Below, in pieces: positions 1 through 8,557 of a stretch of DNA of 64,000 bases; positions within the stretch are counted from its first letter, which is position 1, and every line of letters starts with the position of its first letter. The stretch comes from Candidatus Lustribacter sp. (GTDB taxonomy: Bacteria; Vulcanimicrobiota; Vulcanimicrobiia; Vulcanimicrobiales; Vulcanimicrobiaceae): the NCBI GenBank assembly GCA_965277805.1, contig OZ255842.1, positions 960,001-1,024,000 on the forward strand, given 5' to 3'. The notes under the pieces were generated by a model, which saw only the letters and a list, made by a program, of their open reading frames with translations, was not told where the DNA came from and ran no database searches. A program made the translations under genes and the position numbers.

Positions 1-657
1 GGTGTCGGCGGGATCAGCAACTCGTACGAACCGGCGAATGCGAACGCGGTGATCGGCCGCCGCATGGACTTCGTCTGGGGCAAACGCGAGATGGAAGAGA
101 CGATCGAAAACGTTCGTTTCCGCGTCTCGCCGGCGTCCTTCTTCCAGATCAACGGTGCTATGGTGGCGTCGATCTTTCGCGCGCTCGCACCGCTGATCGC
201 GGGCACGCCGCGCATCGTCGACCTCTATTGCGGGGCCGGGACGTTCGCGATCTACTTCGCCTCGCGCGGCGCCTCCGTCGTCGGGATCGAAGAGAACGCG
301 TCGGCCGTAACCGAAGCGCGCGGCAACGCTCGCCTCAACAAAGTCGAAGACCGCGTGCGATTCGTGCAGGGCCGCGTCGAGGGCGCGCTCGCGAACGAAG
401 AAGGCCGCAAGGCATTGCGTGAGGCCGAGATCGTGTTCTTGGATCCGCCGCGCAAGGGCAGCGACGAGGCGACGCTGGCCGCGCTTGCCGATGCGAAGGT
501 GCCGGCGATTTGGTATCTCTCGTGCAATCCGGCGACCTTGGCGCGCGACTTGCGTTACCTCGCCGGCCGCGGTTACGGCATCGGTTTGGTCCAGCCGTTC
601 GATATGTTCCCGCAAACGGGGCACGTCGAGACGCTGGTGACGCTCACTCGAAAATGA
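1..657 (+). CDS. rlmD: 23S rRNA (uracil-5)-methyltransferase RlmD/TrmA family, C-terminal part (truncated at window start)
   Basis: Frame open from base 1; motifs SFFQIN, DLYCGAG, LDPPRKG, YLSCNPATLARD, DMFPQTGHVE. Confidence 0.9.
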   Translation, partial: GVGGISNSYEPANANAVIGRRMDFVWGKREMEETIENVRFRVSPASFFQINGAMVASIFRALAPLIAGTPRIVDLYCGAGTFAIYFASRGASVVGIEENASAVTEARGNARLNKVEDRVRFVQGRVEGALANEEGRKALREAEIVFLDPPRKGSDEATLAALADAKVPAIWYLSCNPATLARDLRYLAGRGYGIGLVQPFDMFPQTGHVETLVTLTRK

Positions 658-1114
658 CGTCGTAAGCGAACGTCATGCGCCCGCCGGGCACAAGCGGTGC
701 CGGCGCGCTCCAGCGAATCGCATCGAATTCCGACGGCAGTGCGCGGCGCAGCGTCGTGGCGCCCCCGGGATTCGTCACGCGCACCATCGGCGCGGCGGCC
801 CACGTTTTGCCGCCGTCGACCGAATACTCGGCGTTTGAACCGGCCGTACCGTCGACGTAGCGTTCACCGGCCGGAATCTTGACGACCGGTGAGAGGTTCG
901 CCGCGGGGCGGTCGCCGGCGTTGTGTGCTACGATCGTGTAGCGCACGCGCTGGCCGGGTTTGGTGATACCGCTCACCGGCTTTGATACGAGATTGCCGCT
1001 TTGCGCTTCAATCAACGATGCCGACTGCACGAGTTCGACGAGCGCAGCTGCGCGTGCCGCGCAGGGAATCAACCCGAACATTAAGGCGGCGAACGCAATC
1101 GCTATCGATTTCAC
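644..1114 (-). CDS. Small secreted DUF11 (conserved repeat, Ig-like) domain protein
   Basis: Signal peptide; PGQRVRYTIVAHNAG...IPAG.RYV...IRW...LVPGG..TFAYDV pattern; divergent from the larger DUF11 genes. Confidence 0.75.
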   Translation of the reverse strand: MKSIAIAFAALMFGLIPCAARAAALVELVQSASLIEAQSGNLVSKPVSGITKPGQRVRYTIVAHNAGDRPAANLSPVVKIPAGERYVDGTAGSNAEYSVDGGKTWAAAPMVRVTNPGGATTLRRALPSEFDAIRWSAPAPLVPGGRMTFAYDVIFE

Positions 1115-1156
1115 TGCAACTTGTTTCCGCGATTAACGCTCGCGTTCTTTTGCAAC

Positions 1157-1185
1157 GTGGCACGTGCCACCGGACTTTACGTAAA
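1157..1185. promoter_or_regulatory. Two perfect palindromes in the divergent promoter region (possible operators)
   Basis: GTGGCACGTGCCAC at 1157-1170 and TTTACGTAAA at 1176-1185. Confidence 0.35.
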
Positions 1186-1299
1186 CCATGCATTCGTTTG
1201 CTTTGAATAGGGTGGACAAGCGAGTGCTGGTCACCTAGCATAGCCGAGTGCCCGAATGCTCGATGCATCTCAGGCGCGCGATTCACGGAGGAGTCCTGG

Positions 1300-3723
1300 T
1301 TGACGGCGTTTTTACGTCGTCGAGTTTATGTTGTTCTCGCGATCGCTTGTATCGCGATGCTCTTCGTCTTTGCCGGCGAGACCGTCGCGCGAGCCGCGAC
1401 GGCAGCCGGCACGACGATCAACAATTCAGCGAGCGCGACCTATGTCGACCCCGCCGTTCCAGGAACGACTCTTTCAACGACGTCGAACGTCGTTACCATC
1501 CGCGTTGCGGAAGTCGCGGGCATCACCGTCGTAGCGCACGCGATCGGCGCGGTCGGCGGCGGCGTGATCGTGCCGGGCGGACAGGTGAACTTCGACTTCA
1601 CCGTCACCAACACGGGCAACAACACCAATAGCTTCTCGATTCCCAACACCGCGCTCGTCAGCGGCACGGCCGGTTCGACAATTGTCGGAACGCCGCAGAT
1701 CAGTTACGACAACGGCGTGACGTGGACGCCGCTCGCGACCGCCGCCGGAACGTTCAGCGGCAGCGGCACCACCGCGCGTCTGCAGACGACGCCGATCGCG
1801 CCCAACGGCACGGTGCTCGTACGCATCGTCACGAGCGTTCCGGCCGGTGCGACGCAGTCGTCGACGATCAACGTACAGCTCGGCAATACGGGGCCGAACG
1901 ACAACAGCGCCGCGACGCAAAATCAGAATTACAACGCGGGCGACGCGGGCAACGTCTTCACGACCAACAACGCCGGGACGCCGCCGCCGGGGCCGCCGCT
2001 CAACGGTCAGCGCGAAGCGGCCGCGCTCTCGTCCACGACCGTCACCGCGCGGCCGCAGGCGTTCGCCCAGATCCTCAAGAGCGGCGCGATCGCAACCGCC
2101 AATATCAACCCGCAACTGAGCACGGTCACCTACTCGCTCACGCTCAACGTGCTCGCGAGCTACCCGAGCGCCGGGCCGGCCTATATCGCCGCGCCGTTGA
2201 CCGGAACGCCGATCTTGCTCAATGGTGCCGCCGCTACGCGCGTGCTCGTTTCCGACGTCGTGCCGGCGCAAACGGTGCTGAGCGCGGTCGCGACGCCGCC
2301 GCCGGGCTGGACCGTCATCTACTCGACCGACATCACCAGCGTTGCGAACGTCGCATCGTTCACGAGCACCGCGCCGCCGAGTTTGAGTACGGTGAAACGC
2401 ATCGGCTGGATCGCGCCCGGACCGGTTCCGCTCGGCGCGTCGGTCACGGGATTCAACTTCACCGTTCTCGCGAGCGGCGTTCCGTCCAACGCGTCGAGCA
2501 CGCTGCTCAACTTGGCGCAAGTGTTCGGTCAATCGCAGGGCGATGCGACGAATCTGCTGGTCTACGATCAGTCCGGCGATCAGGAACCGAGCCAATTCAC
2601 GGCCGGTAACGGCACGCCCGGTTCGAGCACGCCGCTCGGCACGGCGCCGTCGAACGGCGTTGCCCCGGCATCCGGACCCAACGATCCGGGCGCGAATACC
2701 GGCGGCGCCGGCGGCGACAACAACGTCGTCCCGCTCAACCCGCAGACCTCGCTCGTCAACGGACCCAACGGCGTGCCGGGCGCGGTCGGTTCCGACGGCA
2801 CGACGACGACCGACGTCACGTATCAGTCGGTGACGGTGCCGCAGGGTTTGGCGCCGGCATCCGGGCTGCCTAGCCCGCTCCAATCGACGTTCACCAATAG
2901 CGTCGGCAACCAGGGCACGGTGCCGCTCCAAAACGTGACGCTCGTGCCGCAATCACCGGCCGTCGCAAACGCGCTGCCCAACGGCACGACGGCGGCGATC
3001 TCGTGGGGCGGTCAGTCCGTTCCGGCGCTCTACACCTACACGGCATCCGGCGGCTGGGTGCTCACGAGCGGAACCGCGATCTCGATACCCACGATCGCGG
3101 CGAGCGGCGTACAGAACTACACCGTCGTCGTCACGCTGCCGGCGGGCACCGCGCAATCGACCAACGGCGGCGTCGCAGCCGGCGGATTCGGGATCCCGAT
3201 CCTGGCTGCGTCGACCACCGGCTTTGGTGCGAGCTCGAACCTCACGACCGATACCGTCTTCACCGGCTTCGTCAAGCTCACGAAACTCGCGCAGGTGTTC
3301 AACGCCGACGGCTCGCCGTGCGACGTCGCGCCGGTGGCCGCACCGAATCCGGCGTGCGTCGTCGCCGGTAATTTCGTGCAATACACGATCCAGTACTCGA
3401 ACATCATCCCGGCGGCGAGCGGTAGCGGCAGTTCCGCGCCGAGCGCGCTGCGGATGGTGATCACCGAGGACGGCGCCGCGGCTCCCAACACGTTCGCGAC
3501 GCTGCTCGACGGCGTGGTCGTGACCAGTCACGTCAAGGGTTCTGCGACGGATACGCTCGCGGCTAACGTCATTACGTTCTTCAACGCGGTTGGGCAGAAC
3601 GTCGGCGACATCGCGGGCAGCGGCACCGCGACGGGCGACGTGACGAAGTACATCGACACGTTCGCCGCGCCGCTCGCGCCGGGCGCAACCGGCACGTTCA
3701 CCTTCAAGCGGAAGATCAACTGA
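1300..3723 (+). CDS. Secreted multi-DUF11/Ig-like protein, candidate major pilin-like subunit
   Basis: GGAG RBS and TTG start; signal peptide; N-terminal GTTINNSASATY strand; repeated FxFTVTNTGN, LK...TYSL...DVVP...NLAQ motifs; ends TFTFKRKIN. Confidence 0.75.
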   Translation: MTAFLRRRVYVVLAIACIAMLFVFAGETVARAATAAGTTINNSASATYVDPAVPGTTLSTTSNVVTIRVAEVAGITVVAHAIGAVGGGVIVPGGQVNFDFTVTNTGNNTNSFSIPNTALVSGTAGSTIVGTPQISYDNGVTWTPLATAAGTFSGSGTTARLQTTPIAPNGTVLVRIVTSVPAGATQSSTINVQLGNTGPNDNSAATQNQNYNAGDAGNVFTTNNAGTPPPGPPLNGQREAAALSSTTVTARPQAFAQILKSGAIATANINPQLSTVTYSLTLNVLASYPSAGPAYIAAPLTGTPILLNGAAATRVLVSDVVPAQTVLSAVATPPPGWTVIYSTDITSVANVASFTSTAPPSLSTVKRIGWIAPGPVPLGASVTGFNFTVLASGVPSNASSTLLNLAQVFGQSQGDATNLLVYDQSGDQEPSQFTAGNGTPGSSTPLGTAPSNGVAPASGPNDPGANTGGAGGDNNVVPLNPQTSLVNGPNGVPGAVGSDGTTTTDVTYQSVTVPQGLAPASGLPSPLQSTFTNSVGNQGTVPLQNVTLVPQSPAVANALPNGTTAAISWGGQSVPALYTYTASGGWVLTSGTAISIPTIAASGVQNYTVVVTLPAGTAQSTNGGVAAGGFGIPILAASTTGFGASSNLTTDTVFTGFVKLTKLAQVFNADGSPCDVAPVAAPNPACVVAGNFVQYTIQYSNIIPAASGSGSSAPSALRMVITEDGAAAPNTFATLLDGVVVTSHVKGSATDTLAANVITFFNAVGQNVGDIAGSGTATGDVTKYIDTFAAPLAPGATGTFTFKRKIN

Positions 3724-5159
3724 TGGCGCGCATCGTTCGCAGCGCGCTGGCGCTGATCGCCGCTCTCACGCTCGCAACGGCCGCACCGTTCGTGGTCTCG
3801 GCCGCGCCGACGCTGGTCAATGCCGCTTCGGCTTCGTACGATCCCGGCAACGGGACGCTCGTGCAAGTGCAGTCGCCGAGCACGCTGACGCAGGCGAACC
3901 CCTCGCTGACCGTCACCTCCGCGATCACCGCGTGTCAGGGCGGACCGCTCACCGATTACACCGGCTGGAGCATCGGGCTCTACAACGCCGATGCGCTGGG
4001 CAATCCCACCACGGCGCTCGCGCTGACGCGCACACAGCTGCCGGTGTTGCCGGCGGTTCCGCTGCCGGCCGGCATCGCGCCGAACAACCAGAACCTCGAC
4101 CCGTTCACGGTGACGAACGGTAACGTCGGGATCTACGCGTTCCTGCTCGACACTGCGACCGGCGAAACGGCACCGCAAACGTTCGTCTTGATCACCAACG
4201 CACCGGCGACGTCGTCGCTGCCGAAGCGCCGCGTCAAGATCGTGCTCGGCGCGACCACCGGCGCAAATGTGGCGTATACCGCGACCGCGCTCGACAATAT
4301 GGCCGTCAATGCCCTCTCGCCGGCGCAAACGGTCACCGGCACGTTCCCCATCGTGCGCACGAGCGCGAACGGAAACTTCGCGGTCTTCCAGCTCGCCGTG
4401 AGCGAGTGCCCGAGCAACGCCATCGGCATCACCAAGACGGCGAACGTCACGACGGCGCAGGTCGGCGATACGGTCGTCTATTCGGTTGCGGTCACGAACC
4501 AGTCGCTGAGCGCGATCACGGCGCCGACGATCACCGACATTCTGCCGCTCGGTTTCGTCTACGTCAACGGCTCCGTCCGCGCCGGCCTTGCGAATTCGGC
4601 CGTGCCGGCGACCGCGACCGTCGCTGGCGGCCGTCTCGTGATGACGACCACGGCCTCGATTCCCGCGGCGTCGGTGCTGACGTTCGTCTACGCGACGGTG
4701 CTCTCACCCGACGCTCTCAAGGGCACGGGGCAGAACGTCGCCGTCGCCGACGGCACGCTCGGCTCATCACCCGTGCACGGCGGGCCCGCGACGTTCACGC
4801 TCAAGGTCGATCCCGGCTTGTTGAGCGACTGCGGCACGATCATCGGCCGCGTGTACGTCGACAAGCCGCTGCAGGGCATCGACCGGCGTCAACAGCCCGG
4901 CGTTCCGGATGCGGTCGTGTTCTTCGACGACGGCGTGCGGGTGAAGACCGACAAGAACGGGCTCTATCACTATCCGGGCTGCGCGCATCCGGGCTGGCGC
5001 ACGGCGGCGCTCGATCTCACCAGCGTGCCGGGGATGACGCTCGCGCCGAACATCTACATCGCGGCGCGCAACGGCCAATCGCAGTGGGCACATCTCGAGC
5101 CGAGCGGTTTGGTGAAGATCAACTTCGCCGTCGTGCCGGCCAAGGGCGCCGCGAAGTGA
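3723..5159 (+). CDS. Secreted DUF11-domain protein with C-terminal SdrD/CnaB-like domain
   Basis: Signal peptide; ITKTANVTTAQVGDTVVYSVAVTN...TDILPLGF...NVA; IIGRVYVDK...GVP...TDKNGLY; TGATG coupling to previous gene. Confidence 0.75.
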   Translation: MARIVRSALALIAALTLATAAPFVVSAAPTLVNAASASYDPGNGTLVQVQSPSTLTQANPSLTVTSAITACQGGPLTDYTGWSIGLYNADALGNPTTALALTRTQLPVLPAVPLPAGIAPNNQNLDPFTVTNGNVGIYAFLLDTATGETAPQTFVLITNAPATSSLPKRRVKIVLGATTGANVAYTATALDNMAVNALSPAQTVTGTFPIVRTSANGNFAVFQLAVSECPSNAIGITKTANVTTAQVGDTVVYSVAVTNQSLSAITAPTITDILPLGFVYVNGSVRAGLANSAVPATATVAGGRLVMTTTASIPAASVLTFVYATVLSPDALKGTGQNVAVADGTLGSSPVHGGPATFTLKVDPGLLSDCGTIIGRVYVDKPLQGIDRRQQPGVPDAVVFFDDGVRVKTDKNGLYHYPGCAHPGWRTAALDLTSVPGMTLAPNIYIAARNGQSQWAHLEPSGLVKINFAVVPAKGAAK

Positions 5160-8100
5160 CGCCGTTTACGCGGCGCAGCCTCGCGCTGATTGCCATGCTT
5201 TCGCTCGCGCCCGTGGCGTTCGCGCGCGCCGCGGACAACCCGCCGGCGGCCGGTGTCGCGCTGGTTGCGGCCGCACCGCTGATTGTCGAACCGGCCACCG
5301 GTTCCGTGTTGGACAAACCGTCGACCGACGTCGTCGTGCGATCGGCGCCCGGCGATAAGGTGCAGTTGATGGTCAACGGCGTCGCCGTCAAAGACGATCA
5401 GATCGGTGTCCTCGGACGTGCCGATGACGGCAGCCAGGTTGAAACGTGGATCGGCGTGTCGCTCGATTCCGGCCGCAACGTCATCAGCGCGCGCGTCGAT
5501 CGCGGCACGGGCGCGTCCGCTCCGGTCGAGAGCATCGTGAACGTTCGCGGCAGTGCGAAGAAGCTGGTGCTGAAGGCGAGCCGTATGTCGGCGCCGGCTG
5601 ACGGCCGCACGAACATCTCGATCAGCGGTCAGCTGATGGACGGCAACAACCTGCTCGCCGCGCGCGACGGCATGGTGCGCCTGGCCGCGACCGCGGGCGA
5701 CTTCGTCGGCGATAGCGCGCAACCCGAAATGCCGGGCTTCTACGTGCGAGCCCATGACGGGCAATTCAACGCCGTCCTGCGCGCGCCGCTGCATTCGGGC
5801 ACGGCCCACATCACGGCGTCGATGGCGAACCTCACGGCGACGCTCGACCTCGAGATGACGACGGAACTGCGCCCGAGCATCGCGACCGGCGTAGTCGACC
5901 TGCGCTTCGGCGCGCGTCAGTCGGACTTCTACAAAAGCATCTCGACGTTCTTAGACGGCGATCCGAGTTTCAAACCGGAACTGCAGACGTCTGTCTTTGC
6001 CACCGGGAAGGTCGGCAACTACCTGCTCACAGTGGCCGGCGACAACCTTTATCCGATCAACCCGCCGTGCGACGGCCGGATCGGCGTCACCACGTACGAA
6101 CAACAAGCCGCCTGCACCCCGCAGTACCCGATCTACGGCGATGAGTCGACGTCGACGCGTCTCGCGCAGTCTAGCGACAACGTGTTCTTCCGGCTCGAGC
6201 GCGAGCGGACGTACGCGATGTGGGGCGACTACGACACCAAAGAGTGGGCGTCGGCCACGCAGCTCTATTCGGCAACGCAGATGAACCTGCACGGCGCCAA
6301 GCTCAACTACGAGCCCGGCAAACTCGAAATCGCGAGCTTCTACGCCAACAACATCCAGGCGTTCCAGCGCGATTCGATCGCACCCGACGGCACGAGCGGC
6401 TACTACTACCTCTCGCACCAGCTGGTCGTTCCGGGCAGTGAAACCGTGTTCGTCGAGGCGCATCTCTTCAATCAGCCCGGCGTCATCGAAACGGTCACGC
6501 CCTACGTGCGCGGCATCGGCTACGACATCGACTACGATAACGGCCAGATCTTGTTCCACAACCCGATCGTGCGCACCGACATCGACCCGCAAGGCCGTGT
6601 GATCGTCAACGTGATCGTTGCGACGTACGAATACGACGGCGGTCAAGGTTCGGGCGACATGGTAGGTGGGCGCGTGCGCTACCGTTCGTTCATTCCGCAA
6701 AACGATACGCAGACGCCGTTCTCGATCGGCGCATCGGTCGTGCACGAGAACATGGGCGACGCGTCGTTCACGCTCAACGGCGTCGACGCCGGCGCGCCGC
6801 TCGGCAAGATCGGAAAGCTGATCGCAGAGTACGCGCAATCGAGTAACGACGCGAGCGCGTCGGGCGCGGTCACCGGCAATGCCTATCGCCTCGAGGCCGC
6901 ACTGCAGTCCGGGAAGACGACCGGTAACGCGTACTACCGCACCACGACCGCCGGGTTCTCGAACAACGCGACCACGAGCTTCACGCCCGGCGAAACGCAG
7001 CAAGGCCTGAACTTCGATACGCCGGTAGCCCATCACACGAGCGCGTTCCTCACTTATGATCGCGAACGCGAGAACGGCATCGCGCCGGAAGTCCTCACCG
7101 ATCCGGAAGATCTGCTGCTGCCCGGCAACGCGCAGGTTCCGGGCGCGCCGGTCAACACCGACTACATGACGCTCGGCGGCGGCGTACGGCAACTGATCGG
7201 CACGGGCAAGCTTTCGCTCGAATATGACGTGCACGAGCAGACCGACTTCAACGAGCCGCTGGTCGACACCAATTCCTCGCAGCTCATCGCGCGCTACTTG
7301 CAGCCGTTCGGCAAACGCTTCACCTTCTTGGCCGAAGACGACATCAATCTGCGCTCGCAGGTCGATCCCTTGTATCCCAGCCGCTTCGCGCTCGGCCTCG
7401 AGTACAGCGTGGCTCCGGGCGTTGCCGTCGCCGCGACCCATCAATACATGAAAGACTTGCAGAGCGGACCGCAGACCTTCAACACGATCGAAGCCATGGC
7501 CGATGACAAACTCGACGCGAACACGTCGTTCACCGGGCGCTATGCGATTCTCGGCGGCCTCGACGGGTACGATGCGACGAGCGCCTTCGGCCTCAAGCAT
7601 CTGTTCAGGATCGCGAAGGGCGTGAGCGCGAGCGCGGCCTACGAATACCTCAACGGCAGCGTCTTCGATCTCACGCCGTCCGGCATGCAGTTCGCACAGC
7701 CCTACGCGGTCGGCCAGCAAGGTACGACGGCGCTCGGGATCAGCGGCGGTACGAGCCTCAGCCTCAGCACGACCTATGCCGGCAGCCAGTACCTCAAGGG
7801 CTCGGCACGCTACGAGCACCGCGTCTCCGACCAGGGTTCGAATACGACGTACAGTTTCGGCGGCGCGGGCAAGCTCTCCGACGCGGTGTCGCTCTTGGCG
7901 GGCTTCGATTCCGCCGGCGGCGCCAATCAAACCTTGGGCGGGCTCGCGGCCAGTTCCGATTTCCGCGTTGGTGCCGCCTATCGCAATCCATACACAGATA
8001 CGACGAACGCGCTCTTGCGCTACGAGATCGACGTCAATCCGGGCATCACGCCGGCCACATTGCTGCAAGGCGCGGGCACCTGGACGAAAGACAATACGCT

Positions 8101-8557
8101 CGCGCTTGAAGTGCTGCACGACCCCTCGCAACGGCTCGAACTCTACGGCAAGTTCGCCTTCCGCGCAACGACGGCGTATCTGTCGGGTGATTTCTCCAAT
8201 GCCACGTACACGTCGCTTGCGCAGGCGCGCGCTACGTACCGCGTCGGACGGCGCTGGGATACGACGTTAGAATTGCGCTGGATCGCGCAGAACGTCACCT
8301 ACTACAGCGCCATCGGTGAAGTGGCCGAAGCCGGTTACGCGTTCGGTGACGATCTGCGCGGCGCGATCGGCTGGTCGTTTGGCCAGACCAACGATCCGGC
8401 GTTCTTCGGCTCAAACGGCCGCGGCGGCATCTACTTCGACGTCACCGCGCGTATTCACGAACTGTGGCCGGGCTTCGGCCTGCAGAAGGCGCCGCTCGCC
8501 GATCTCACCGCTACCGGCGTTCCCGCCGCAGCCGCCGTACCTGTGGGGCGCAAGTGA
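5156..8557 (+). CDS. Large secreted protein: N-terminal Ig-like domains plus probable outer-membrane beta-barrel
   Basis: GTG at 5156 overlaps the upstream stop; signal peptide; C-terminal part is alternating aromatic/Gly amphipathic strands ending GGIYFDVTAR; GYDIDYDNGQILF motif. Confidence 0.65.
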   Translation: MTPFTRRSLALIAMLSLAPVAFARAADNPPAAGVALVAAAPLIVEPATGSVLDKPSTDVVVRSAPGDKVQLMVNGVAVKDDQIGVLGRADDGSQVETWIGVSLDSGRNVISARVDRGTGASAPVESIVNVRGSAKKLVLKASRMSAPADGRTNISISGQLMDGNNLLAARDGMVRLAATAGDFVGDSAQPEMPGFYVRAHDGQFNAVLRAPLHSGTAHITASMANLTATLDLEMTTELRPSIATGVVDLRFGARQSDFYKSISTFLDGDPSFKPELQTSVFATGKVGNYLLTVAGDNLYPINPPCDGRIGVTTYEQQAACTPQYPIYGDESTSTRLAQSSDNVFFRLERERTYAMWGDYDTKEWASATQLYSATQMNLHGAKLNYEPGKLEIASFYANNIQAFQRDSIAPDGTSGYYYLSHQLVVPGSETVFVEAHLFNQPGVIETVTPYVRGIGYDIDYDNGQILFHNPIVRTDIDPQGRVIVNVIVATYEYDGGQGSGDMVGGRVRYRSFIPQNDTQTPFSIGASVVHENMGDASFTLNGVDAGAPLGKIGKLIAEYAQSSNDASASGAVTGNAYRLEAALQSGKTTGNAYYRTTTAGFSNNATTSFTPGETQQGLNFDTPVAHHTSAFLTYDRERENGIAPEVLTDPEDLLLPGNAQVPGAPVNTDYMTLGGGVRQLIGTGKLSLEYDVHEQTDFNEPLVDTNSSQLIARYLQPFGKRFTFLAEDDINLRSQVDPLYPSRFALGLEYSVAPGVAVAATHQYMKDLQSGPQTFNTIEAMADDKLDANTSFTGRYAILGGLDGYDATSAFGLKHLFRIAKGVSASAAYEYLNGSVFDLTPSGMQFAQPYAVGQQGTTALGISGGTSLSLSTTYAGSQYLKGSARYEHRVSDQGSNTTYSFGGAGKLSDAVSLLAGFDSAGGANQTLGGLAASSDFRVGAAYRNPYTDTTNALLRYEIDVNPGITPATLLQGAGTWTKDNTLALEVLHDPSQRLELYGKFAFRATTAYLSGDFSNATYTSLAQARATYRVGRRWDTTLELRWIAQNVTYYSAIGEVAEAGYAFGDDLRGAIGWSFGQTNDPAFFGSNGRGGIYFDVTARIHELWPGFGLQKAPLADLTATGVPAAAAVPVGRK

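Noticed and set aside
1151-1170. Sigma54 promoter (TGGCAC...TTGC)
   Set aside because: GG-to-GC spacing does not fit the -24/-12 rule on either strand
4406-5155. N-terminal extensions in the ORF track (also 8464, 15003, 19015, 21931, 35787, 43829, 53187, 59030, 59679)
   Set aside because: They overlap neighbouring genes; downstream starts with coupling or signal peptides fit better
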